From assembly GCA_963693365.1 (NCBI GenBank), contig CAVNZM010000010.1, forward strand, positions 8,247,794 to 8,311,793: 64,000 nt of DNA. The letters run 5' to 3'. Under the pieces are notes generated by a model. It made no database searches, was not told the DNA's origin, and was given only the letters and a program-made list of their open reading frames with translations. The DNA is from Amoebidium appalachense. Lineage: Eukaryota > Protista > Ichthyosporea. The translations under genes were made by a program, and so were the position numbers. Of the stretch, positions 1 to 20,472 are shown piece after piece. Numbering within the stretch: position 1 is the stretch's first letter; every line of letters starts with the position of its first letter.

Positions 1-774
1 TGTCAGTGATGATCATGATGTGACGCGCGTATTTAGAGTCGATGGGAAAGAATGGTATGTGCATGACCATGTTTATTAGAGACTACGTATTGAACATCAG
101 TAACTTAGGTTCTGCCTAGACTTGGTGTCACTTGGTACGTATGAATTGAATGCGACATGAATATTCCGAATGTCTAATATTAGTAGCTGCCGTAGCAAAG
201 TCTCAGTATTTTTATAATCCGTTTCATAATACTAACTATTCTTACAATTCGAAGCAGGTAGCTTGACATGGATCAACTAATAGGACATATTGAGCTTATA
301 ACATCTAACCAGTATTTGGCGCCCGTCATTGTGTAATCATTGTGTGTGCCACCCGCATGTGTGGCGTGCACGTGGCCATCGCCATCATTGCGGCCATGGC
401 CACCCTAATTCCTGTGTCGGAAAGGCCTTATGCGCGGCCCCAGGCGCGTGCTGCTATAAAGATAAAATACGGGGCACACCAGCCTCTCCCCACATGTATA
501 CAGTGCTGTGTCTATACCACCACGTGTGTGTGTGTGTTTGTGTGTGTGTGCCAGTGATATCGCGCAAAGTACAGACCGTGCACGGTGTAATCTCTGTTGA
601 CATGCCAAAGTGCATCGTTGGGTAATCATTAATCAGAAAACACAAGATGTCGCCGGATGAATAGAACTAAAAACGGAAAACCATTTTGCTCCAGTCATGC
701 CTACAGTAGCACAGCTAGACACCACTGATATTTATGTTGTTCTGTGTACTGTACACGAACTATGTAGCACTCGT

Positions 775-823
<49 letters not shown>

Positions 824-1442
824 GGCCCTGCCTCTGACTCTGAGCGCCTGCATGCGGCCCACAAAGCGCGCCAAAAAGCTTATCGCACTTGATCAGCGCG
901 GTGCTACTTTTTATGGTTTTATAAAGCACGTAGCTATTGGCCGAATCTCGTTTTCGGATCTGATTGGTTGCACTCCCACATGTGCTCTCACTGCTCGGCT
1001 AATTCCTAGATCATCTGATCTAGGAGACTGAGCGTCACCAAAAAGTTTTCGCGAAATTTAAAGCCTTCCGAATGGACTCTACAAGACTCGAGTCTTCAAC
1101 TCGAAATCTTTTCACAGCAACACCTACAACAATAAGTGCTACAGTACTAGTGTATATTGACTGAAGATTTTATCACTCTGTCACCATACGTTGCTTTGTT
1201 TCCATGCCATCTGTGTCTGTGAAGGTGCCGTGCCAGCTGTGTGACACAGTTGTATAGTGGTCGCAGAGATAACACTTTGCTTCACCAAGCACAAACGGCA
1301 GACATGTTTTGAGACATACGTGCACAGCTCATTAAAGTGCGGTCACCAGAAACCATTTCATTATAACGCCTAACGCGCTCGCATAACTTGGTGTTTGAGG
1401 TATAGCTCACTAATCCTCAACTGAGGACAAGGGCTGGGGAAG

Positions 1443-1780
1443 ATGCACATCAGCATATATGGGTCGGAAACCGCCCATGACGCCAGGGGGAGACCGTACA
1501 CGGTATGTATAGAGGCTTTTTTTTAATTAGTGTTTTTAGAGCTTAAAAACAGGCAATGCAGGATTGTTACACCATCGGAGTGTGCTTACGTGCCCATGAA
1601 GTGCGCTTCTGTGTACTGTATTTTCTGTAGCACTGTTGGGCTATTCGCAATTATGCTCCTGTGAAGTCTCATGCCTGGTTTTGGGAATGGACGGCCGAAG
1701 TGCGATTCCTTCTTTTCTCTTTTCATCTTGAACTGGTTCGTTTCAGGGAAAGGAGATGTGTGTGTCTGTGTGTGTGCGTG

Positions 1781-1861
<81 letters not shown>

Positions 1862-2787
1862 GGTGGGTGGGTGGGTGGCCGGTGGGTGGATGGGTGGGTG
1901 GGTGGGCGGGTGTGGATGTGGGTGTGTGTGTGTGTGTTGGGGGGAAGGGGGGGGGGAAGGGAGAGAGAGAGAGAAGAGAGAGAGAGGGGGGGTTGAAAGG
2001 AAGGGGAGGGGGGAGGGAAGGGGGGAGGTAGAGGGGGGAAAGCTGGTAGATAGGTGTGTGTTTGTGGGTGGGTATCTGGGGAGTGTGGGGGGATCGGGGA
2101 GCGAGCAAGGGGAGGGGACGGATAGAGTGGGAGATTTTATATCCTGAGGTGCGTGAATACGAAGAAGTTTTTGGTTTGGTTGTGTGGCACACCGTCGGTA
2201 TAATGTATTTACCGCTTTTATGATATTGTGTTCAATACAGCCATTTTGGGGGAGCCACCTTACACGAACACTGCCGATCATATAATGCTACTGTCTTTGG
2301 CGTAAGGAAATGTTATATCCACTTATTCCTCGCCACAAGACTTCTTCTCTTCATGATCCTGGATTTTCAATTCCGTTTCTTGACCATAACACATCATGTG
2401 TGGGAAGTTTGCCCCCGTCATCATCGTTTTGCTAATTGCTTTCCTGTGCACAGCTCTACATCATTAAGGTGCGGGGGTCCAAAAACACAGTCAAGAAGCG
2501 CTTTAGTGAGTTTGAAGCGCTTGCCAACGAGTGCAAGAAGATCAAAACACCGGGTTTTAGCATTCCTGAGCTGCCGCCAAAGAAGTGGTCTGGGAACATG
2601 GATCCTAGCTTCGTCTTTAATAGAGGTGAGGCGAGAGGGATACTGAAGGACGTACATTGAGGCTGCTGTTGGGGTGTGTGTGTGTGTGTGTGTGGAGGTG
2701 GGGGGGGGGGGGGAGGAGGAGGGGGGAAAGGGGAGGAAAGGGAGCAGGTGGCGACAGAGGGGATGGGAGGGTGGGGGGGGGGAGGCA

Positions 2788-2824
<37 letters not shown>

Positions 2825-3502
2825 GTGAGGACGGATTTAATTCATATTTAGAGTGAATGTTTAGGGGATCGGGATAAGAAGGTGGCAGGTGGTTGCGAGG
2901 GAGAGGGGAGGGTGGGAGAAGAAGGAGGGGAGAGGGCGGGTGTGGGGTTGGGAGGGAGAGAAGGGAGGTTGAAGAAGAATGAGACGAAGAGGGGAGAGGG
3001 AGGGGGAGAGGGAGGGCAGGGAAGGAAAGGGAGAGGAAGTGAGAAGGAGGGATGAAGGGAAAAGAGGGAAGGGGAGGGGGACAAATTGGAGGTGGATTGG
3101 GGAAGGGGAGAGGGGTGGGAAAGAGGGAGGAAAGGAGGGTTGGAGAAAAAGATATATCTGGGGTTGAGAGACATGCATGCTGGGGGGCTGTTAAGGCTGG
3201 GTGGGCTGTTTTGGAAGTGAACAGTGTGTTGGGCTGGTGGGTGGCAGCACAAGGAGTCGGGTGCTTGCACTGGATGTGGTTCAATGCGCGAATGAAGTAA
3301 TGAGAGGAGGCCTCCCTCCCCCCTCCCCCCTCCCTCCCTCCCCCCTACACACACACATACACCGTACTTCTGATGTTAGGGGTGATAGTGGTGGTGTTGG
3401 CGCCCAGGGAGGGGGGTGGTGGACTGGCTGGGTCGGGGTCGGTAGGGTGGGATGGTGGTGGTGGTGGTTGGAGGTGAGAGGGGGTGGGAGGGGGGTTGGT
3501 GT

Positions 3503-3536
<34 letters not shown>

Positions 3537-3538
3537 GT

Positions 3539-3569
<31 letters not shown>

Positions 3570-3764
3570 GGGGCAGGGAGGGGGCAGGGAGGGGGGGGGT
3601 GAGGGGCGCGGTAACTAACTCTTTTTGTCGCAGGGTTGGATCTTGAGGAGTGGCTACGGCAGTTTGAGCTGACAGCCAAACAGTACGAGCAGACAAATAG
3701 GGGCAGTCTGGTGGAGAGGACCATGCTGCATAGGTGGCTGGATATAGACCAGACGAGCCCGTGA
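1443..3764 (+). CDS. Small PX (Phox homology) domain protein, sorting-nexin (SNX22/24)-like, ~120 aa, 3 exons
   Basis: Exons 1443-1502, 2454-2625 and 3634-3764 join in phase (0,1) with GT/AG ends: MHISIYGSETAHDARGRPYT-LYIIKVRGSKNTVKKRFSEFEAL...IPELPPKKWSGNMDPSFVFNRGLDLEEWLRQ...SP*. This has the PX hallmarks: YTxYxI, (K/R)RFSEF, a P-rich PELPPK loop and RxxxLEEWL. Further 5' exons cannot be excluded. Confidence 0.85.
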
Positions 3765-4016
3765 AAAGGGGGCACGTAGACGTATGTACACGCACATGCA
3801 CATACACACGCACACACACACACACACACACACTCACACAAGCGCACACACGCGCGCGCGGTTGTACCCACCCACCAACCCACCCGCCCACACGTACATG
3901 GGCATAGGGCTTGAGGGCACCCGGGCATGTGGGTGTGTGTGTGCGTGTGTGTGTGAGGGGGGGTGGGTGGTGATGGGGGTGGTGGTGGTGGTGGAAGTGC
4001 CGACGGGAGGGGGGAA

Positions 4017-4067
<51 letters not shown>

Positions 4068-4550
4068 TGTAGTGTAACCCATCTACATAGACACTCCATC
4101 TTGTACATAATGTATGAACGCTATATTAGCGCACTTTCAGCAAGGCCGAACCGAATCGTGGGCTATATGTAAAATTTTAAAGTGACGACGGCCCAGGTGG
4201 CCCTGTAAATACCTTTAAATAGCCGTATATATTTAGGCAACTGCTTTCAATAAAAACCAACAAGTCAGCGTGTCCATGCCCACGTGTATGCACATGAATA
4301 CATCCTGCATGAAATCACTAGGGGCGGTTAGGTGTATTGCTGCAGGCACACGATTAAGCAGTGGTCGGCTTATAATAATGGAGACTTCGATCAGGGGAGG
4401 ACAGTAGTGGGGGCTCTATATTTTCTCTGCAGTCACTCATACCGATATCACGGGTGGGTAGTCGTGTCCGGCATATGCACGATGACATCATGGGCATGTG
4501 ACATTGGACATGTGGTGCTTTGTAGCACAGCTTCGTCCGCCCATAAGACC

Positions 4551-4583
<33 letters not shown>

Positions 4584-4629
4584 CACCCCCACCACCACCA
4601 CCAAAAAGTTGTCGCGGTGCATATTATAA

Positions 4630-4661
<32 letters not shown>

Positions 4662-4779
4662 CATCTTTGTTTGATGGCCTCTTCACAATAGATGCAATCG
4701 AGATTTCACAGCTGATATCTCAGATAAAAGATACAATGATTTGTTGCATAATAGTAAGTTTGGCGGCATCTTCGTAACC

Positions 4780-4816
<37 letters not shown>

Positions 4817-5369
4817 GGATGGAAGCCCGGGGGGCATGCCGCGAGGGCCCCAGAAGGAGAGGGGGGGGGAGAGGCGGGGGTTGGGGAGGGAGGGAGCTCG
4901 AGGGGAGGGGGGCCCGGGAAGCTGGCTCTGACGAACACCATGAGATCTAGACTCTCAGTGCAAATTGAATTGACTAAGCCATGAAGACAGTGCTTCCTCA
5001 GCATTCCATATACATCATATATATACAAACACAACATGATTGGCCATTGGCAGCATCAAATCAACAGGAAAATAGGCTGTGTGCTACTGGCGTGACCTTC
5101 GGAAACCAAGATTTGTACCAGATGGAAAAAAAAGGAGGAAAATGATAACACAATTAAATATGAAGCATTCATCAATCATTACCGGCCGTGTACGTGTATG
5201 TGTGTGCGCGCGCACGCACATGCGTGCGGGTCTGTTTTTGTGTAAGTGGGCAGGTGTACCCGCCCCTTCCGGTGTGCGTGCACGGGAGCATGAGTGTGTG
5301 TGCATGTCAAGGTGTGTATCTGTGTGCCGTGTGTGCGACTGCAGTGAGAAAGTCTGTGTGGGGGGGGTT

Positions 5370-5462
<93 letters not shown>

Positions 5463-5816
5463 CACAGTGTATGTGTGTGTGTGTGTGTGTACGCGCGGGC
5501 TGCGCCAGGCATGCAAGTTTATGAAGGCTTTTTCAACAATAAAACCATGTACAAATGTGCATCTAAAAACAATCAAGGACCTACGATAGAATATACAACT
5601 GACTGCCATTCAAGATTACTAGGATCCACCATGCAAGACTTTGGAAAAATGAGTGTCCAAACTTCATTGAAAAAAGCAAACAACCATTTACAACAAAAAA
5701 AAAAAAAAAAAAAAAAAAATTAACCGTACCAACCGCTTTATACTCAAGAGGATGGGAAGAACAAAGCACAAAAGCCTCGAGTAGTAAAAATGATTGAACA
5801 TGCTCCCAGGTGAAAG

Positions 5817-11212
<5,396 letters not shown>

Positions 11213-12653
11213 GTTGGAGAAAAGAAGATGTTTGTGTTCGGTGGTGTTGGTGGGACGTGTTGAAGACAGTTCACCGCGCGGTGCTCGTAAATCGCCTCTA
11301 GAGCGACTAAAAACTTTGAACAAGCTTAGCAGAGGCAAGATCTGGCGATGCGACGTTTTAAGGTGAAGTTGAAATCTTTCCTGCCCGGCTGTAACCATGA
11401 GTCGGCTGGTCACGGCCTCCGGGGTACATGCCCAAACAGCACCAACTAGCCTGCTGCGAAGCTATACATACACGTAGCAAGAAGACACAACGAAATGGAA
11501 TCGTCAGAGCTCCGGTAAAGCACAACAACCCCGGCCTCGGCACCACGAACATTTCAAACGTGCACAGTTTCAAACCCTGTGGACCACTTTGGATCTACTA
11601 TTCAAAAATCGATCAATTTTTTGCTTCGCTCCAACACCCGAGGTTGGCCGCCATAGGGCCGTCGTTTGTCGGGCTGCCTGGCACTGCCCGACGTAGAAGC
11701 TACTTCTGGCAAAGACAAACCCCTTTACGTAACAATATTTGCTTTTTCCTCAAAATGCTACACAGATGCTTTTTATTATAGATGATAATTTCTATCGTCT
11801 TAGTTATTTTGGGGTTTGCAGGCTTGTTGCGTTGGGCGTTTTTCTTAGCCATTCGTGATCATGAGGGCATCACACATGCACCGTAGTTAAACATATGCAC
11901 AAGTACTACGGGTGTTGAACATTTACTGCCTGCATGGTGCGTTTCTGCCAAATACACTCTCTGGGGGTAGAGTAGGCATGGCGTGTGAACATTATACACA
12001 CGTACAGCGTGATCATTCAGTCCACCTTTTTGTGGAATGCCCTGTCAGCCATACACATACAGACAACGGGAAGGCGTCTCGGTCGAAAACACATCATGAC
12101 TGTTTTCCACACCGTCCAACGCAACCAGCAGACTCTGACAGACACCCTGTTGTTCTTTTTGTAATAAATTACTTGTTGCATATATCGTCACGTCAAGTAT
12201 CCCTTGCATCCAAAGGTCACTTGAGTGCAACGTGTTTTGTTGCACAGTGCAGTGTGCAGAGGTAGCACTAGTATCGGTACGAGCCCACTATGTACTGCCA
12301 CTAACATGAAACAAGTCGAATTAGATGCTTGCTACTTAACTGTATTGTTTTTCTTTCTCTTGCTCACGGATAAAAGAAATGCAAACCCGGCAGCTCTCTT
12401 TCTATTCTAAGTCTTTGTACATCTACCCGTCTGTTCTCTCCCTACACAAGATCTGCGCAGAAGCTGCTAATTATATCTAACGTTACGTTGTCTTGGGCTA
12501 GCACTAACCCGGACCGTGCGTGTTTGCAAACCGCCACTGCACCAAAAGAGGCCGGTTAATATACTGTGCCAGTGTGTCGTTTGTTATAACGTTACACAGG
12601 GTAAGTGTGTGTGTGTATTGCGCATGTGTGTGTACTGTGTGTGACATTAAGAT

Positions 12654-13260
<607 letters not shown>

Positions 13261-13704
13261 GCGCGCACGCGCACGCGTTCAGGTGTGAGTGTATGTCGAC
13301 GTCAGTGAAGGTGTACGTTGTTATGCTCTCACGGTCCTCTTCCTAGCCTTCCCTCCCGGGACCCTTTCCCCCCCCCCCCCCCCCCCCCCCCCCTTCTTTC
13401 CCTCCCTCGCCAGGGGCACCTTGTTGCCCCGCCTCTCTTGTAGGTGCCTAGGGAGGGAGGTGGTGGTGGGGGAGGGAGGAAGGGGGAGGAAGGAAGGCAT
13501 AAGGAACTTCGGAAAGGGGGGGGGGGGGGGGGGGGGGGGGGGGGGCTGGCGGGCAAAAGTGGGGTTTGGGTGGGGCGGCTGGGGAAGGTGGGGTCGATAT
13601 GGAGAAGGTAACAGATCTGTGTAAGAAGTGTTGAAGTGAGCGAGGTCAAGCTGCCTTGTTTACATGTAGTTATTTGTGTGTTTATGTGTGTGTGTGTGTC
13701 ACGG

Positions 13705-13765
<61 letters not shown>

Positions 13766-13774
13766 CTCTCTCGT

Positions 13775-13816
<42 letters not shown>

Positions 13817-15410
13817 ACTCTGGTGTCTGTGTGTGTCTGTGTGTGTGTGTGTGTGTACGACATGTGTGTGTGCGTGTGTGCGTGTGTGCGTGTGTGTGTG
13901 TGTGTTTGTGTGTATTTTTGTTTGTATGTGTGTGTGTGTTTCTTACGGCCCGGTGTTCTTGCCTAAGTTAGTTGTGTAGAGGGGGGACTAGTACGGGCGG
14001 GCCTTCCCATGCAGTCAGGGGCGGGCAGGTGGGTGGTTATGGGCAGTGTATAAGTTGAGCATGATGGGGGTGGGACAAACTTGAGCCTATGCCTGAACAA
14101 CCAAGTCATGTTTATTTGGCTTCTTCTGAGTGGTAGCACCAAAACCCCACTGTTTGCACCTTCTAGAACGGGCGTACAGTGGGACAAGCTCCGGTAACAG
14201 GTTTGAGGTGTAGTGGCTTGTTGTCGATGACACAAAAAAAGTTGCAGTGACCGGGTTAAAGTGGTCTCTGCATAACCTTTGGCTCTTATAGGTTCTTTTT
14301 TCACTCTACTGGGCCACGTCGCGGCGTCTTCTAACCTTAGTTCCGTGAACCACACACCATACCACCACGTCCACAGATCTAGACTCCGGAGGTAGACTGC
14401 AGCTCTACTGATGAGCAGGCATGTGCGTGCGGGGCTTTTGATTGTTTAACCAATATTTTAAACTGTTGTTATTTGTGTCATATACAATTACTCACTACTC
14501 TAAAAGTGCGCTTATACTAGCTTAAAGTAGGTTAGATAGAGTCGCTTCAGTTCTTGTAGGTGTTGTAAGTTTCGCACGGAAAACCATGGCGCCGCGGCTG
14601 CGCAGTCTGCACACGGGAAGGCCCTATGGCTCCAGAGCCGCATTCCACAGATCGGCCTATTATAGATCCAAAGTGGTCCGTCCAGAGCTGTCCAGAGTAC
14701 TATGATAGTGTGAAATACATGAACTGGTCATTCGATTCACTGACCGCGGCGCGATGCCTACATGTGTCCGTGCATTGCACGATGCAAAAGCTGTTGCAGG
14801 CGAGGCTACTAGTTGTAAAAAATGTGTACCTCACGCAAAATGAGTATGCACAGGACTCATAGCTGTACACACAGGGCGTAGTTCTCTACTTTCATAGTAT
14901 GCTTACAGGAGGGGGGGGGGGGGGAGGGAGGGGGGGTTGCGATTCTCGGGCCGAGGGGTCCGGGAGTTGTGGAATGTGCGACACCGAGTTCCTATTGGAG
15001 CAATCATATTTCACCAATCAATACATGCTTTGTATACCTTTATTTAGTACACATCTGATCAATCTGATTGGAATCCGCCAAAATTCAAATGCCAAGTTGG
15101 CAAGCAGTGTGACCGTTGGCGCCTGCCAGGCTGCCAGGCTGTGCCAGCACTGAAGCGCTCAGCCTCCACTTTATCCGCAAAGGTCTAAGCTTGTACATGT
15201 TTGCAGATGCGCCGTCAGTTTTATTACACTGATATGGTAGTGCTTATAGGCTGTGTACTCAAATGTTCCTTCCCTCATCACCTTCGACCTCGTCATTTGC
15301 CCTTAGCAGCCTCTAATGAGAGCCTAGGTCACAGACTCGTTTGCTAAGTGCTTGTGCGATCACCAAGGAACTCTCCCTACATATCATAAATTTCCTCCTG
15401 TTTCTTAGAG

Positions 15411-16838
15411 GCCCTAACGCTCGACACGATGATTCTACGGCCCCGCCCGACGTTTTCAGACCTCAACGAAAGCACCATGTGCTTTGGCTATGTGCCCCCG
15501 CCACCCGTCCTCTCCACAAAGCCACTCACCACCCCTATGCCCTTCCACTTTGCTACAGATGACAGGGTGGGCCAGGCAAGGAAAACTCGACCAGCTAGGG
15601 TGAGTTCGATTTCCCTTATCCACGCACTTGTAGTAAAGCTGTGCTCGTGTGGATGGTTTTGTGCTTCTTGTGCAGTAAACTTGTGCTGAGGCTGACAAAA
15701 GCACTCCTGCAGGGCAAAGAGAATGCTGGGCATGGGGATGATGCACTAGAAAAGCCGGCAGTTTTAGAGGCCAGAAGGCCAAAACGAAGGTATGTGTTCA
15801 TCTAGGCTTGTCTCGCCACATCTGGCTACCCCTACTGCAACCAGGACCCGGGTAGACTTCCTTGTGTCTGGATTCACCCCTAGCGATGTGCACACACCAA
15901 CCAAAAGCTTCTGCCAAGAAACTGCTGCAAGGTAGCACGACGGAAGCCGAAGCACACCGATTGCTTGGTTAGCACTCTGTGTGTAGAAAAACGACGATCA
16001 TTTCCCTCTCCCTTCATCCATCTTTTCTCCAGACCCCCTCGACAGATGCAAGCCGACAGTTAGTTACACAAATGCATAGATTTTCAACTTTCAACGTGGA
16101 GGAAGCCTCACGACGGGACACAACTTGCTCGTCACAACTGCCCCTACTGTACACGGAAGGGTTAATAATTGACACGTGTTCAAAGCGCTTAGCACTTTGC
16201 CAAAAAAGTTGTGGTACGAGGAATCCTTAGGGGAAACGGGGCGGTGGGGGAGGGGGAGGGGGGGAGGGGGGGGGGGGGGGGGGGGCAGAAGGAGCGGTGA
16301 GCAGGGAAAGGGCAGAGGGAGGGAGTGGGAGAGGGGAAAGGGGAGATGCTGTAGGGAGTATGTATATGGGCGGGGTGTTTCTCACGGTGCAGGCAGGGCT
16401 GTGACTGTGCCGGTCAGCCCCAAGTTCCACACCACCACCAGGCAGAGGGGTGAGCGCAGGCACACAGACACAGACGGCACGGAGGGGGACGCAGTCAGTC
16501 GGCGCATTCGCAGCACAGCGGTAATCTAGGCCCCTTCACCCCCCACCCCCCTCCCCCCCCCCCCCCTCCCCCTTCTCTGGTCTTTCCCCGGCTGCCCATA
16601 TTTAAGTGTAGGATATCCGCAGGTGTTGGGTGTGGAAATGCGAGCCAAAAAGGTTTTTTTGTGGGGAGGGGGAGAGGGTAGTGTGGAGGGGGTGAAGGGG
16701 GAGGGGGACTGCTCGAATGGAGTTCGGACCATCTACTGTACTGTTACACGTTGATAACACATCCTTCCCTCTGCAATTATCCCCCCCATCCCCCTCCCCC
16801 TCCCCCCCCCCCCCCCCCCCAATAAAAAAAAAAACACA

Positions 16839-16873
<35 letters not shown>

Positions 16874-17053
16874 AACTTTCACAGGGTGTGTCCGGGGTAC
16901 CACATGTCACCAGCAAGAAGGCGCTGACCGTGTGCCAGGCCATCCACCTGCACACGGAGGCACGTGCCAGACTGCACGACTGCAGCGCACACCTGCAGCA
17001 CGTCATGGCTGCACGTCCACAGCAGAAGGTATCTGTCCGTCTAGCTACCCCTT

Positions 17054-17086
<33 letters not shown>

Positions 17087-17827
17087 CGCGCCCACACACA
17101 CACATGCACACACAGACACCAACTAACGCACAAATCTCACCCGAGTGTATTGCTCTAATCGCCTCACCCGGGTGGCCCTCCAATCCATGACACACCTGCA
17201 CACATCAGTCCACCTCTTTGCCCAGCCATATCCCTCCGGTTCTTATTTTGTTGTTGCCTACTGTTGCATTGAGAGCACCTCGGTTCATGTTTTTGTTTTT
17301 TTTTTTCCAATGTTCACCCACAACTTGAATCTTGGAATTTCTGGGCCTGACATCTTCCGAAAACACGCACACTGCACACGACGGTTACAAAAACCTGCTA
17401 CCCCCCCCCCCCCCTCCCCCCCCCCCAAAAAGGGAAACTAAAAAAGCACATGCACACATGCACACACACACACGCACACACACACACCACCACCACCACC
17501 CCTGCACCACATGTTCTTTTCCCACATCACATAATTACTGATGTTGTCAACCCGTGCATGTATGTGCTGCCGCAAGCACACATTGACACTCCCCCAAGGC
17601 ATTGCACCAACGTTACCTTCTTCATCTGCACACTAGAAAATCAATATGCGATCTCCCTGCTCACATATTTTCTCCCACCATCCCACAATCAGAAACGTAA
17701 GATTGCCGGCACACGTACTGCACACAGCAAAGCCATTAGGCGGTCCAAGCGGCAGCAGACCCCAAGGTTCAAGAAATCCCGCCCACCCCCGGCAATAGTG
17801 GAGGAGGAAGGGGGCACGAGCGAATGA
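15411..17827 (+). CDS. TPX2-like microtubule-associated protein (5' end uncertain)
   Basis: Phase-consistent exons ~15411-15599, 16033-16160, 16397-16520, 16885-17028 and 17693-17827 carry three TPX2-type repeats (LTTPMPFHFATDDR, AVTVPVSPKFHTTTR, LTVCQAIHLHTEARAR) and a basic tail. Possible upstream exons at ~14626 (IIDPKWSVQSCPEYYD, loosely like the TPX2 Aurora-binding N-terminus) and 15207-15236 are unresolved. Confidence 0.6.
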
Positions 17828-18278
17828 GATTGCTGCAATTGTTGCCAAATGTGGAATTTTGTCCTTCTGTTTTCTCCTGGTTGTGCAGAGTGTGGTGCTT
17901 GCCACACGTCTTTCTTCAGTTTTTGTAGGTGAGAGTAATGGTGCCTAGGTTTGACTCGCTTTTAGACTCTTGCGTGCATAATGTTGGCCTGGCATGCCAC
18001 TCCATATTACAAAGGTAGTTGCTACAACAGGAGAAACGCTTGATCGATGGGTGTGTTTTGCTTGAATGCCTCTTCGGAATTCTTTCTTTGGTTTCTTCCC
18101 GCCACACACGCAAAACATTGGCTGGTCGCTCATATCTTTATGCACTATGCACCAACGTATACTTTAAATAACATTTGTTTCCTTCCGCTAGACCTAGAGC
18201 GCATGTTTAGAGCCCCTAGCCCCCCCCCCCCCCCCCCCCCTGGTTCTCCCTTTTTTTTCCTTCTTTTCCGTGGCGGAA

Positions 18279-18313
<35 letters not shown>

Positions 18314-18567
18314 GAACTTAAACCATTGTTTATTTTCACTCACCAGGAGTGACATCAGTACGCAAAACCTGTGATATTAACAACACAATATGTGCGGTAA
18401 TATCAGCACATTGCTGATATGGCAGGTAGATACTCAGACGGCATGAGCCGTTACTAAATATGGAAGTGCCCGAATATAGAAGGTTGTAGTGTACACACGT
18501 GCTAAAGGAATCACGACAGTAAAACGTGTTTGCTCAATAAAAGCAAGCGGGTCCCTTGAGATCATGA

Positions 18568-18721
18568 TCATTTCTTGAAGGTGAGCATCTTCTTGAGGAG
18601 CGATTTCTTGCGGGCCTGTGGGTGAGAAAATGCTAACTTGTCCACACCCCACCACGGTCCAGCTCTCAGCTGCAGGTTGAACACACACACGTCCACACAC
18701 GCACGTACGCCGGGCACACAG

Positions 18722-18756
<35 letters not shown>

Positions 18757-19194
18757 ATTTTTCACATACCGATTTCTGTTCTCAAGCCCACATGTCCATA
18801 GCGTTAACACTAGATTAGGATGGCCTTTCTTTGCGCATGACCCATCATAGTACAAAACAGTATATACTGTGTTTGAGACATAGCGATTTGTTGTGTCTCA
18901 ACGGGTGTGGACCACATGTGGTGGTGTGAATAAATGCCATGTGCTTGGGTGTCCTCTAAAGCTAATAATTGGTAGGTGTACATGTGGTTGTTTTAATAGT
19001 TAACGGGTATCAGTTGTGCACGTGCATGTGATTGATTAATTGATTAATTAATTTGTGGGAAGACCCGTGCGAAAGGTTGATGAGTGTTTATGTATATCGC
19101 TGTGGTCCTGAGTGCGGCAGTGGGTTGGGGCTGCGTGCGTGCGTGCGTGCGTGTGTGTGTGTGCGTGCGCGTGTGTGCGTGTGTGTGCGTGTGT

Positions 19195-19259
<65 letters not shown>

Positions 19260-20425
19260 ATCTGATACCTTGAACTTGAGAATGTAGTCCAGCTGCTTCT
19301 TGTTTATTGCCCCCCGCCTGTTCTCTCTGATCAGACTGACGGCTGCACAGTTGTCCATGCCCCCCACCTGCACAAGTGCAAGCGCAACAAGAAACGGCGC
19401 CCTGCCAGAGTGTGTGAGCCCATACCTGCAAACGAAGAAAACGATCATACCTCCCCCCTCCCCCCTCCCCCCCAACACACACACACACACACACACAACA
19501 CACAAAACAAACAAAAAAAAAGGGGGGGGGGGGGGGGGGGAAGAGAGAGATCAAAGATCCCCCCGAGGAAATAACGAGTGATCAAAGAGCCCCCCCCCCC
19601 CCCCCCCCCCTCCTCCCTGTGTAAAGGCGATCGGTATTACCACTGATGCCAAAAGTGACTGGCACATGCATCTTCCGGTTTTTCCCTTTTCCTCTTTTTC
19701 TTTCCCCCCCTCCCCCCCGAGAGAAGGAGGGGGGAGGGGGGAAAGGTGTTTGCGTGTGGGTGGGTGGGCGGGGGGGGGGGGGGGGGGGGGGGGGTTTGGC
19801 TGGTTGTTACAAGTTGACCACAAGCAGCATCAAACTGCACATGTCATTTGATGCAACTACATGCACCCTGGTCCCGCCCCCCCCCACCCTCCTCTCTTTC
19901 TCCCACCCACACACACACACGCCCACCCGCCGCCACCACCACCCACCCACCCACCCCATCCTACCCCCACACGCACCCGTACACACACACAGATTCCTGA
20001 GTTGCTAACACCCCTCTGAACAGATAAACATACATACGTGTGTGGGCTATAATAATAATCATACCTGCCCAGGCCTGCAGCGCAGTGCACAGCAACAAGC
20101 CCCTTGTCCTTGCTCTTGACATAGACCTGCACACATGGTTAGAAAATACACCTCTGCTCATGTGTGCTATAGGTAATGCAACCCCACCCATAAGCACACA
20201 CAACTCCCCACACGTATGCCCATACTCTATACATGCACATACACATATGCGCACGCCGGCACATACAGACTCACACAAGACAATCTTAAAATGAAAACAG
20301 GCCCGTGCACCTGTGGTGGCACCAAGCCACAACCACATACATACCCATACCCGTTAACACGAGCACACCTCACGCACACACAAACACACATGCGCACGCG
20401 CGCGCACGCACGCACGCACACACAC

Positions 20426-20472
<47 letters not shown>

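Noticed and set aside
1-79. Possible last exon of an upstream + strand gene (VSDDHDVTRVFRVDGKEWYVHDHVY*)
   Set aside because: Too short, truncated by the window edge, and without a recognisable motif.
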